This document shows positions 25,691-37,796 of a stretch of DNA of 64,000 nt, piece by piece. Each line of letters starts with the position of its first letter. The stretch's first letter is position 1. Source of the stretch: Octopus sinensis. Taxonomy: Eukaryota. The position numbers and the translations under genes are program-made. The stretch is taken from contig NC_043005.1 of NCBI RefSeq assembly GCF_006345805.1, forward strand, positions 76,322,001 to 76,386,000. Reading direction: 5' to 3'. The notes beneath the pieces were generated by a model that saw nothing but the letters and a program-made list of their open reading frames with translations, did no database searches and had not been told where the DNA came from.

Positions 25691-26173
25691 GTTTTCCAAT
25701 ACTCGTCTTTTGATAGCTTCGAGCTCTACTTCTATGAACAAACGACTTTTTTCTTATTGCTTTAGCTTGATCACATAATTTCTATTCCGTGAATTGAAAC
25801 AATCCTCTTTCTCTCCATTGATCATACATACGTTGTCGGTATCCCCTAAGATGAACACCATTTTCGTCTACGGGGTTGCTCAGCATTAATTTGTTTGTTC
25901 CATCTACGCCGTGTGTACTGGTTCCTTGCTGGATAACGATAAGCTGGAGTCGGACCAATATCTCTGAGCATGCCGGGTGTAACACTGTCACCATCAAGGG
26001 CTTCAATTTTATTACCACTGTTATTCACAATATTTTGTTTGTTCATCGTCACTCATATGAGGTAGCGACTATCAGGTTGCGCAATTACCAATGTTTTTAT
26101 TGTGATACCATCACCAGATATATCATCAATCATAGTATAGAGTGATTCCAACCGCTTCCTTCCAGTATCATCT

Positions 26174-26175
<2 letters not shown>
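25691..26175 (-). mobile_element. Dong/R4-clade retrotransposon, 5' end and N-terminal Myb-like region, preceded by (TAA)n on its own strand
   Basis: Minus strand: ..LSNPVDENGVHLRGYRQRMYDQWRERGLFQFTE*KLCDQAKAIRKK..EVELEAIKRRVLEN. Confidence 0.8.
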
Positions 26176-26219
<44 letters not shown>

Positions 26220-26377
26220 CACTGGTATTATTTTCATTTTTTCATTACTATTTGTCATTGTTAATATTTCCTCTGATCCGCCATGAGTTTTGACTGAATT
26301 ATTATTATTATTATCATTATTACCACCATCACCATAATTACCATCATTATTATTATTATTATGATATATATATACTT

Positions 26378-27050
26378 TATTTAAAAGCAGCAGAAATTCA
26401 ACAAAACCTGTTACTCTGAGTTTCACGTTCCCGTTCGTCGGACAGTTTTGTTAAAATAGAACCGATATGACAATTCTATCAAGACTAGTATAAACGTTAC
26501 ACCTTTAAAAATGGATTTGTTTGATTGGTCCTTTCAAATAACGGTCATATGCAAGCGATAGACAAAAATAAACAAAACAAATAAATGAGTTCAATATAAA
26601 ATATAAAATTATAAAAATCGAGGAAAAACCTTAAATCGAAGATTTGGTTCAAATATATATTGCCATTAATAATGCAGAAAATATAGTTAATACATAAAAA
26701 TTGAAATTAAAATATTAAAATATATCAAAATATTTCACAATAGTACATACTCATATTAAACTATTAATATGCATATATACATCAACATACACAGATAGAT
26801 GTGCGCAGACCACATACATATACAGACATATAAATGCAAAACGAAAATATACACACAAATGCATGTACACATATGTATACGCAATCTTGCTCGCATGCAA
26901 AAATCACTTGTATCCATATAGACTATAAGCAAAATTCATAGAAGGGGTATAGTCTATATGGTTTTGTTGAATTTCTGCTGCTTTTAAATAAAGCATATTA
27001 CTCTACTCCTGGTATTTGAGTACTCTTTTTTCCATTTATGTGTTTACTCC
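26378..27050. mobile_element. PLE 3' end (minus) with an inverted partial pseudo-LTR
   Basis: TTATTTAAAAGCAGCAGAAATTCAACAAAACC (about 26378-26408) is repeated in reverse complement at about 26960-26990. Hammerhead at 26400-26452. Confidence 0.75.
26400..26452 (-). ncRNA. Type I hammerhead ribozyme motif, CCGACGA core, fully pairable
   Basis: Minus strand: AACAAAACTGT-CCGACGA-ACG GGAA CGT-GAAA-CTC A GAG-TA-ACAGGTTTTGTT. Confidence 0.8.
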
Positions 27051-27071
27051 GGTATATATATATATATATCT

Positions 27072-27480
27072 ATAATTGGTAGAACCTATCCTTTTAGTAG
27101 AACCCCCTGTACGGATAAGTACTGTACTGTATGTAGAGTTAGCCCACAAACAAACTGCAAAGCCAGAAATGTAGTCTATAGTATAAGATGTATAGAGGGA
27201 CGATGCAGTAACAAGACAACGACATACGTAGGGGAAACGGCTAGAAGCATAGGAGAGCGGGTAAATGTACATTGGAGACAACTCAAGGAAGGTAAAGTCT
27301 CATCGATTCTGTACCAACACGCCGAACAGGAACACGGGGGATCAATCAACAATATAGAAATTAAAATATTGTCCACACATACAACAGATGCAACAATCAG
27401 ACAAATTACAGAAGCTACACACATAATAGAAAATAAACCTAGCGTGAATAGAAAACTAGAATGGAGCACTAGCACACACC
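27072..27480 (+). pseudogene. Penelope-like element GIY-YIG endonuclease domain (5'-truncated)
   Basis: Open frame 27072-27437: IIGRTYPFSRTPCTDKYCTVCRVSPQTNCKARNVVYSIRCIEGRCSNKTTTYVGETARSIGERVNVHWRQLKEGKVSSILYQHAEQEHGG..DATIRQITEATHII. After a frameshift, ENKPSVNRKLEW. It shows the VVY..C..C..YVGET.R....R...H signature. Confidence 0.9.
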
Positions 27481-27922
27481 ACAACATATGACGATAGAGG
27501 ATCCCGAAAACATAATAAATACACAGATAAATAAACAAATAGAAATAAATAACTATATATATATATATTTTTTTCGATTCGATTTATTATTATTATTACT
27601 AGTATTGTTGTTCTACATACATACATACATACATACATACATACATACAAGCATATGTAATGATAATAATAAGTGGATGTAAACACATGAACAAAATAAG
27701 AATAAACAAAAACAACAACAACAAAAACAAAATACAAATTACATGAACGTATATAAACAGAAGATACAAATATTACAGGCATCCCCCCCCCACATACACA
27801 CACTAAATAAACATAGACGCACATAGAGATATAAGCATGCGCAAATGAAGACATACAAAAGAAACACAAAATGGCTGACGGTTAGTAAGGAGAGACACAA
27901 ATAAGAAAGAAGAAAACAAAGG

Positions 27923-27975
27923 ACCACTGATGCGGTCACAGGAGTGTGACAAAAGTACTCTGGCCGAAATAAGAT
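27923..27975 (+). ncRNA. Decayed hammerhead-like motif in the putative pseudo-LTR of the GIY-YIG element
   Basis: CTGATGC-GGTCA...TGGCC-GAAA; the stem I partner is lost. Confidence 0.45.
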
Positions 27976-28509
27976 TAAGATTAATGTAAAAAATAAATAA
28001 CACTGAAGCAAAATAACACCAAATATATAGTGCGTGTGTTTTTATTGGCTAAACTGGCAAAATGACCATTCCGAAATATAACAATATATATATATATATA
28101 TATATATTTATTTATACTGATGTTCATTAAATTTCTGAATTTCTGAATTTTTTTCCTTGAAATTGTTCCTTTCTTGTTATAAGTCTTGCTGTTGTTTACA
28201 GTTTTTGTAATTGTGCAGTTTGTATATATTGGCAGGTGTTTATCTCCTTAATTTTTTTGTTTTTACCGTGCATTTAATTGTGTTGTTACCATTAAGGGCA
28301 TGTTTACATATTCGGGTAGTCAGGGAAAAAAGAAAGATAAAATTTTCACACAAAATTGTAGATATTAAACTTTCTAAATTTTTTTGAGATGTTCGTTTGT
28401 ATGTCCGATTAGAGAAGAAAGAATGTAGTATTTTGCAATAAAAAGGATGTTTACATTTTCGAATACTCAGGAAGGAAGGAAAGGAAAGAAATGGAGGGTA
28501 ACATTTTCA

Positions 28510-28830
28510 CAGTACACAACTGGTATTTAATTTATCGACCCCCAAAGAGTGAAAGGCAAAGTCGACCTCGGCGGAATTTGAACTCAGAACGTAGCGGCAG
28601 AAGAAATCCCTACTTCTTCACTACCCACAAGGGGCTAAACACAAAGAGGACAAACAAGACCAGACAAGGGATTAAGTCGATTATATCGATCCCAGTGCGT
28701 AACTGGTACTTAATTTATCGACCCCGAAAGGATGAAAGGCAACGTCGACCTCGGCGGAATTTGAACTGAGAACGTAGCGGCAGACGAAATACCGCTAAGC
28801 ATTTCGCCCGGTGTGCTAACATTTCTGACG
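28510..28830 (-). mobile_element. SINE family A array (one head plus two bodies)
   Basis: Two GTCGACCTCGGCGGAATTTGAACT cores, one head. Confidence 0.88.
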
Positions 28831-29009
28831 TGTGGTAGACCGTGCAGCTGTGCAGAGAGGTCAATTTGGTGTAGGGAGCGAGCTAATATACAGAACTTAC
28901 GTTTGAACACTATAAACAAATCATTTGTGATGGTCGTTCGGGAAAAGCTTATCGCTCATATTTTGTCTTCGACGGGAGAGACCACCATTATTATTAAGAA
29001 GAAGGCGAC

Positions 29010-29440
29010 AAACTAGAAGAATCGCTAGCATGCAGAACAAAATGATTTGCAGCATTTCGTGTGTCGTTATGATCCCAGTTAAAATTCCACCGAGGTTGAA
29101 GCTGCCTTACATACTTTCGGAGTCGATAAAATAAGTGCCAGTCGAGCAATGAGATCGATGTAATCGACTTGTCCCCTTCCCCTAAATTTTCATGTCTGGT
29201 GACTATAGTAGGAAGGATATTAAGACGGTGAACCGATAGAATCGTTAGCTCCCCGGGTAAAATGGTTAATGGCATTTCGCTCATCTTTACATTCCAAGTC
29301 CAAATACCCACGAGGTCGGCTGTGATTTTCAATCTTTTGGGGTCGATGAAATAAGTACCAGTTGACCAGGGAAGTCGATGTAATCGACAACTACTCTCTC
29401 AAAACACTGCTGGCTTTGTGCCAAAATTTGAAACCATTAA
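29010..29440 (+). mobile_element. Two decayed family A SINEs in tandem
   Basis: GAATCG.TAGC.. heads; GTCGATAAAATAAGT.CCAG cores. Confidence 0.75.
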
Positions 29441-29744
29441 TATTATTTAGAAGACGAAGAGCTGGCGGGGGCGTTAGAATGTGGGTTTTTTTTCCTGAGC
29501 AACAAGGGCTGATGTGAATTTAATTTTTATTGTTTAGTCAAGCAGCGAAGAACGGGTGCCATGGCATTTTTTCTTAAAGAGAATCCGGGACAAATGGGAG
29601 ATTAGAGGGTCGTTATACTCAAATAGGATACCTGAATATAGTCGAATACCAGGTGGTGATATTAAAACCGCTTAAAGATTAACGATCAATAACAAATACC
29701 ACAAGCCATGCCACCCTAAACATCGGCCTGAACAGGTAATGTAT

Positions 29745-30090
29745 TTTATTGATGCCAAAAGAATGAAATAGGAATTTGACCACGGCGGGATTTGAACTCA
29801 ATGCGCATCGAACCAGAAAAAAATATCGATTCAAATTTTAACATAAAGCTAGCAATTTCCTGGTAGGTGTCAAGTCGATTACATGAAAACTTGGTACTTA
29901 TTTCATCAACCTCGAAAAGACGAATGGCAAAGTCGACCTTGTCGGAATTTGAACTCAGATCGTGAAGACGGATGAAATACTGCTAAGCATTTTGCAAGGC
30001 GTGCTAACGATTCTGCCAGCACGCCGACTTCAGAATCGGAACAAATATCGCAATATTTGCCTTGATACTCTAAAGATTCTACCAAGTTGC
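29745..30090 (-). mobile_element. Decayed family A SINEs
   Basis: GGCAAAGTCGACCTT.TCGGAATTTGAACTCAG; GTGCTAACGATTCTGCCAGC. Confidence 0.75.
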
Positions 30091-30965
30091 CAATAATAAG
30101 TAAGAAATTGGAAATTGTAATTTTAAAGTTTCACCAGGATCTGAGTCAGTTTTAGAATGCAAGAGGTGTTTGTTATCATAATGTCTTATCATCTGAATCT
30201 TCTTGTGTTGGTGATAATTCAACAAATTAAGAAGTCACGCTAAGTTATCATTATAGGAATATTCAAGAAATATGAAGAAGCTGATAGAGGAGATAGTCAA
30301 CCACTCTAATAGCTATTGATGAAACATCTTTGTTACGTCAGTGAAAATATATTTATCAACATTACTGAATCCGTTTGTCAAAGAGCCATTATAGGTGATC
30401 TTGGCTCGGTTGAAGCTATCTTTATATGATATTACAATCAAATAGTTCTATTGAACAATACCTAACTTAGAAAATTATCTCTGTTACATTGAACTGTATC
30501 TAAGATATCACACAGTATGGTCTCCCGAACGACAATTTATTATTTAAGAGAAACTACAGACAGTCAAGTTTTATGTTTATTGATGTTGTCATTCTCGTTG
30601 TTGTTATTATTTAACACGAGGTCATTCCCCCACTGAACATGACGGATATGAATTGTCGTACAACGGAAATGACACTAAATATCAACATATTCAGAGCATC
30701 ATAGTAAAAAGCGGAAAAAAGAAAGCAGAAAGGCATAGATTTTCCGTTTCCAAATTTAATTGTTCTCTACAAATGTTTCTATTGATATATGTCTGAGAGA
30801 ATGTTTGCCTGTACATGTGTGTATGCATGTATTAATGTTTCCCTCTCTCTCTCTCCCTCTGTCCCTCCTCTCTCCCTCACACACAAACCCTCTCTCTCTC
30901 CTCTGTCCCTCCTTTCTCTTCCTCACACACTCACAAACCATCTGTCTCTCCTGCTCTCTCTCCCC

Positions 30966-31009
<44 letters not shown>

Positions 31010-32133
31010 CTACAAAATGGGACAAGAAGACAAAACATCCAGACAGTTAGGTGATACAAAGAAGGGGCCAGCAAAACATCCAGATAGACGATACAAAGAA
31101 AACAAGGACGGGTCATTCGGCGTTTTCTTTCCTCAGTCGAGTTCCAGATTATCTTTGCAATTTCGGCTGGTTATACTCGAGATTGCTCCAATCTGGCCAG
31201 CCTCAAGAAAAAACTAAGCTATATATCTGTGTGTGCATGTGCGCGTGTGCGTGCGTCTGTTGTTGTATGTATTATGCATGCATGTACGTATGCATGCATG
31301 TATGTATGCATATGTGCCTCTGTGTGTGTGTTTGCGTGTGTAGGTGTGTTTGTGTTTGTTTGCTTGCTTGTTTGTTTGTGTGTATGTGTGTGTGTGTGTG
31401 TGTGTGTGTATTCAGATATAAAATCCGTGGAATAAACAATAAAAGTAACGTGGGGTTTAACCGTGAAGCAGTTTTAGAAATCCGGTGATCATGATTTTAT
31501 TAGTTACCGTGTCACTTACATGAACCTTTGTTGCTGAACACAAGACGCAGTAATAAAGTTGCACCTATCACCACTTCATTCAGCAGATGAGGTTGGAAAG
31601 GTTTTAAAGTTTTATTGAAATGTTTTAAACATAAAAGTCGTTTCAGAAATTAGGAAAAATCATTAACACAAGCAAGAAATTCGAACACAGTCATGGCTTA
31701 TGTATAACGCATATATAGACGCACACTGTTGGCGTTTTTTGCAATGAGCTTTCAGTTGTTCGGTGAATATGATTCATAGTCGTAAAAGAATTGTATGAAT
31801 GAATATTCCAGAAACGACCTGAATCCTTAATCAATTCTTCGGTCGAATTTGCCGTGGGACTCTGTAATAGGAATGGACATATGAATTAGAGAGAGAGGGG
31901 GGAGAGGGAGAGAGAGAGGTGAGAGAGAGAGGTGAGAGAGAAAGGAGATTTGGAGAGATCAGTGAAAGACAGAGGAGTTAGAGAAACATAGAAGGGGTGG
32001 AGAGAAAAAGAATAGGTCAAAGAATTGGATTAGTACTTTATTTATCGACCCCGTATACACGCTTTATAACATACATTATGTACGTGTGAATGTATAAGTG
32101 TGTAAACATAAGTACTTGCATATATCTATATAT

Positions 32134-32185
<52 letters not shown>

Positions 32186-32192
32186 AAATATA

Positions 32193-32315
<123 letters not shown>

Positions 32316-32339
32316 TTGTGTTTGTGGGTGTAAATGGCT

Positions 32340-32696
32340 TAAAAGGCTTTCAATCAATGAAATCGACCGCAATACTTATTCTTTCTAAGCCTGGTACTTA
32401 TTCTATCGGTCTGAATTGCCGAAAGGCTCAGTTACAGAGACATAAACACACTTGCTTCGGTTGTCAAGCGATGGCAGGGAGACAAACACAGACAGACACA
32501 CACACACACACACATAAATACATACAAACACATACACACGCACGCACGCCCACCCACTTGTATATACGTCGGGCTACTTTTAAATTCTATCTACGGCTTG
32601 AGGCTATAGTGGAAGACAGTTGCTCAAGGTGCCACGCAGTGGGACTGAACCTGGAACCATGTGGCTGGTTAGCAAGCATCTTACCACAAAACTACG

Positions 32697-32700
<4 letters not shown>
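32340..32700 (-). mobile_element. SINE family B
   Basis: Both halves present around (CA)n. Confidence 0.8.
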
Positions 32701-32736
<36 letters not shown>

Positions 32737-33359
32737 TTTATGTATATAGATGAGTGTGCTTACGCGTGAATTTGTGTGCGCACGTGCACATTATGTATGT
32801 GTGGTTTGGTCTGTGTGTGTGTGCGTGTGTGTGTGTGCGTGCGTGCGTGTGTGTGTGTGTGTACGCACATGTCTGTGTGTGAATACATATTTATAAGAGG
32901 TCGATACTTTATTCCGCATGAAGCAAGTAGCTTCTAATTTGTAGATCGATGGCGGCTGCTGCTGTTGCTGCAGTTACTTTATTACAGATGTTAATGATGA
33001 TGATGATGATGGTGATGATGACGATGGTTATGATGCTGTCGATGATGTTGATGTTGATAACGTTGTTGAGCTTCACAGGTCAAACCTGAATTAGTAAAAT
33101 TATCATCAAAGGCGTTTTGCCAATAACCAACACGATTTTCCCCATATCAGGGACTACATAATCCGATTTGTCCTTTCACTTCTTTAAGACGCCTGCCTAT
33201 ATATTCAAGGGAACGGAGCTGCTATTTCTAGCAGGCTTTCGACCATTTTGTTGATACTTGATGCCGTTTCTGGTGTTCCATAATGTAAAACATACATCAA
33301 TTATGAATGGGACTGTGCTGACAGTGAACCGTTGTAGTAGCTATGAGTGTTAGAATGAT

Positions 33360-34200
33360 GGCAGCGGTGGGGAAATAGTGGTGGTGGTGGTGGAGATGGC
33401 GGTGGTGGGGATGGTCGTGGTGAGAAGGGAGATGTTGGTGGGCGGGGACTTGGTGGTGGACGTGGAGGTGGTGGTGGTGGTGGTGGTGGTCAGATGGTGG
33501 TAGTGGTGGTGAAGGGAGATGGTGATGCTTGTGATGGAGGTGGCAGTGAGATGGTGATGGTGGTGATTAGATGGCGGTGAAGGTGGTGATGAGCCGGTGG
33601 TTGTGGTGGAAGCGGAGGTGCTGGTGATGGTGGAGGTGCTGGTGATGGTGGAGGTGCTGGTGATGGTGGTGCTGGTGATGGTTGTGTGGAGATGGTGGTA
33701 GAGGTGGTGGTGGTGCAGGAAGTAGTGGTCAGATGGCGGTGATAGTGGTAGGGAGACGATGGGAAGATAGTAGTTGTGATGTAGGCGGTGGCGTTGGTAA
33801 TATGAGGGTGGTGATGAAGGTAGTGGTGGCCAGATGGCTAAGATGGTGTTAAAGAGATGATGGTTGTGGTGGCAGAGGTGCTAGTGATGGTGGAGGTGGT
33901 AGTGGTGTTGATGGAGTGGTGATGAGATTAGTAGTGGAGAGAAGATGGTGGGGAAACGTCGGTGATGGTGGTGGGAATGGAGTGGGGATGATGTTGTAGC
34001 AGTAGTGATAGTATGGTAGTATTAGTAGTAGTAGTAGTAGTAGTAGTCCTGGTGGTGGCAGTGGTGATGGTGGTGATACACTGATTATGTGAAATGAAAA
34101 TGTGGTGGGAAGACGGTGAAGTGGTCGTGAAGTGGTTGTAGTGGTGGGGAGATGATCACAACGGTGTTTAGGCAATAACGTTGAGGTGGTGGCAGTCATG
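33360..34200. repeat. Degenerate (GGT)n low-complexity tract including an 18-mer GGAGGTGCTGGTGATGGT x3-4
   Basis: Direct reading. Confidence 0.9.
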
Positions 34201-34289
34201 CAGTGTTAAATTAAACAAAGTGTTACTGAGCTGCCGTTGTAGTAAATATATGGTGGAGATGGGAGGTGGGTGATGGGGGCTTGGGGTTT

Positions 34290-35000
34290 GAACGAGGGTG
34301 GTGGTGGCTGTGATATAATTATAATTATGGGGTTGAGTTAACGTTGTGGTTGCAGGGGGATGCTGTTGGGGAGACTGTGTTGTGGGACAATGTTGTGAGG
34401 TAGTATTGTGGGACAGTGTTGCAATGTAGTATTGTGGTGAGGTTTTGTGGGGAAATAATGTGGGGCAATTTTGTGGGACAGTTTTGTGGGGGCAGTTTTG
34501 TGGGGCAGTTTTATGGGGTGGGTTGGCTTGGGCTTAGAACGAGGGTGGTGGTAGCTGAGATGGGGTGAGGTTGAGTTAACTTTGTGGTTGCAGGGGAGTG
34601 TTGTTGGGGAGATAGTGATGTGGGACAATGTTGTGAGGTAGTGTTGTGGGACAGTGTTGTAATGCGGTATTGTGGTGCAGTTTTGTGGGGCAATTTTGTG
34701 GGACAGTTTTGTGGGGGCAGTGTTGTGGGGCAGTTTTATGGCGCAGTATTGTGATGCAGTTTTGTAGAACAATTATGTGGGGCAGTGTCGCATCAGTGCT
34801 GTGGGTAAGTATTATGTTAGTGCTTTGGGATAGTGCTGTATTAGTGTTGCTGTTACGCGGTGTGGTTGAGAGGTAGTGTTGTGAAGTGGCGTTGTGTTAG
34901 TGCTGTGGTTGCGAAATATTGTTGTTGGGGAGGTAGTGTTGTAGGATAGTCCTGCTTCGGTGTTGTGCTTACGAGATATTGCTGAGAATGCAGTGTTGTG
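34290..35000. repeat. GT-rich minisatellite (about 14-15-bp TTGTGGGGCAGTTT units) with a 247-bp higher-order duplication
   Basis: GAACGAGGGTGGTGGT starts at 34290 and again at 34537, with collinear downstream sequence. Confidence 0.85.
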
Positions 35001-35463
35001 CAAAATTCGAAATGGGGCTGAAAGGGTGTTGGGTTGGTTCTGATTTCGCCCTGAGTCGCTAATGAATTGCTCTTCCGTGTTTTAAAATATTGGGGTTGTA
35101 TCGTGCAGATACAGAGTGAGTCAGTGGTGAGGCACGGTTGATTATGTAACAGAAGCAGGCCCTGGTCTGCAGTGGGACAGATTTGAAATACTTCAAGGTA
35201 GTTCGGTGGTGCATTGAAATGAAGTGGTGCTGGAGATTTAGGGCGATGGAATTTAACCCATCTCTCATAAAGTAATTTATAGTCGTATTGTGATGGCCCT
35301 GAAAAAGTCTTGGGTCTGTAAGAGTACTTCAGAGCTATGTTTAAGTGTGTGATGCTACTGGAGTTATGCATCTGATGATGAAGTACATACGATTACTATA
35401 CATGGTGTGGTTATACATGTTGGTTTTGTTAGTATTAGTGCTTTTGTGATATAGTACTAATAT

Positions 35464-36235
35464 TCTTTTCTACTCTAGGCTCAAGGCCCGAAATTTTGGG
35501 GGAGGGGGCCAGTGGATTAGATCGACCCCAGTACGCAATTGAAACTTAATTTATCGACCCCGAAAGGATGAAAGGTAAAGTCGACCTCGGCGGAATTTGA
35601 ACTCAACGTAACGACAGAAAGCACCGCTAAGCATTTCGCCCGGTGTGCTAACGTTTCTTATTTCTTTACTGCCCACAAGGGGCTACACAGAGGGGACAAA
35701 CAAGGACAGACAAACGGATTAAGTCGATTATGTCGACCCCAATGCGTAACTCGTACTTATTTAATCGACCCCGAAATGATGAAAGGCAAAGTCGACCTCG
35801 GTGGAATTTGAACTCAGAACATATCGGCAGACAAAATACCACTAAGCATTTCGCCCGGCGTCCTAACGCTTCTGCCAGCTCGCCCCCTTGATATAGTGCT
35901 AATATTGATGGTTGCAGCGTACAGCTGACGTACAATGGTGAGGATGGTATCGGTGCTGGTTGCTATAGTGATGGTATCAGTCGTGGTAATAGTGGTGGTG
36001 GCTTTGTTGGTAGTAGTAGGACTATTCGTTGGATTAGTGTTGGTTTCAACCTTTGGCAGAAGGCCAGCTATTTCGTGGGACGGGACTCAACTGGTACATA
36101 TTACTGGCAATTATTTTATCGACCCCAAAAGGATGAAAGGCGAAATCGACCTCGGTAGAATTTGAACTCAGAACGTAAAGACGAACGAAATGCCGCTAAG
36201 CATTTTGCTCGGCATGCTAACGATTCTGCCAGCTC
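35464..36235 (-). mobile_element. Family A SINE copies (35464-35884 dimer; 36085-36235 single)
   Basis: Three cores. Confidence 0.88.
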
Positions 36236-36299
36236 AACCCCTTCCTTGGTTGGGATTGTGCTGGTGCTATATTAATGGTTTAGGTAGCGTTAGTAGGTG

Positions 36300-36582
36300 T
36301 GACAGTATCGTGGTGGTGGTGGTGGTGGTGGTATTGTTGACGGCGTTAGACTCTAACGGTATTAGTGTTAGTAAGAGTGGTACCAGTGCTATACTTGGGA
36401 TATTTATAATTGTAGTAATGAGGCATATTCGTAGAGTGGTTGTCGTAGTAGCGCTAGTGGTATAATGATGTTGGAAGTGATGGCACTGTAGTGGAACTGG
36501 TAGCAGAGGTGGTAGTAGAAGTCGTGCAGGGGGTATGGGAGAGATATTGGTTGTGGTAGCTGTAGTAGTGCAGAGAGAGTAC

Positions 36583-36616
<34 letters not shown>

Positions 36617-36722
36617 TAGTAGTAATGCTAGTAGTATAGTGGTTGTATTGATTGTAGTAGTAGTAGTGGTGCTAATGGTGCACACTGGTGACGGTAGCAC
36701 TGATGCTGGCAGCAGAAGCAGC

Positions 36723-36776
<54 letters not shown>

Positions 36777-37107
36777 TGTGGTAATAGTAGTAGTTGTAGA
36801 AGTAGTAGCTGTGGCAGTACGGTGGTTTTAGAAATAATAGTACTAATGGTATAGGCAGTGGTACTGATAGTAGAGTGACGGTATATTGAGAACAGTAGTC
36901 CTAGTGGTATACTGGTGGAAGTAATTGTGGTACCGGTGGCTTAGTAGTAGTAGTAGTAGTGGTGGTGGTGGTGGTAGCGGTAGTGTTGTTGTTATTCATG
37001 GTTGTAGTAATAGTAGTTGTAGTAGTAGTAGCAGCTGCAGTAGAAATAGTAGTAGTAGTAGTAGTAACAGCAGCAGCAGCAACAGTAGTAGTAGTAGTAG
37101 TAGTAGT

Positions 37108-37150
<43 letters not shown>

Positions 37151-37796
37151 TAGCTAGTGGTGTAGTGATTGTATCGACGGTGGTTGTAGTGGTCCTGCTA
37201 GGATAGTGTTGGCGATAGTAGTGCTGCTGGTGATACTGTTGATATAGTAGTGACGTTGGTGGGTTTAATAGTGGTACATGTGTACAGTGGTGGTGTTGGC
37301 TGTAGTACTAGTGGTGGCGTTAGTACTACAAGTGGTGGTAATGAAACTCCTGGTGCGTTAACGTTCATGTGCTAGTAGAGTAATTGTGCCAGCATTTGGA
37401 GTAGTTGTGTGGTGGCATTAATGGTGGCATCTACAAGATGCGGTATACCCTGTGGTGGTGGTTGTGATGCCGGTAGTGGTGATGTTGGTAGAGGTGGTGG
37501 TGGTGGTGGTAGTGGTGGTGCTAGTGATGGTGGTAATGGTGGTGGGAGGGGAAATGAGGATGATGATGATGGTGGTGGTTGTGATGGTGGTAAGTGGTTG
37601 TGGTGGCTGGGGTGTTATAGTGGTGGTGGTAGTTGTCCGTACAGTGTTTGTAGCGGTAATGGTGATGGTGGTAGTAGCAAAAATAGAAAATAGAAACAGT
37701 AATAGTTGTAGTTACAGCGGTGGTGATAGAGGTGATGATGGCGGTGGTAATGATAGTGGCGGTGGTAGCGGTAGTGGTGTTGGTAGTGATGGTAGT
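36300..37796. repeat. (AGT)n/(GGT)n low-complexity tract
   Basis: Direct reading. Confidence 0.9.

Noticed and set aside
31410-31620. Possible mariner terminal fragment
   Set aside because: Only a vague resemblance, with no TIR pair or translatable motif
34853-35371. 172-aa minus ORF
   Set aside because: No recognisable motif. The C/A-rich strand depresses stop frequency, and the last third is minisatellite.
33360-37796. Mucin-like Thr/Pro/His ORFs on the minus strand
   Set aside because: The repeat register drifts between Thr, His and Pro frames and stops intervene, which is consistent with non-coding low complexity
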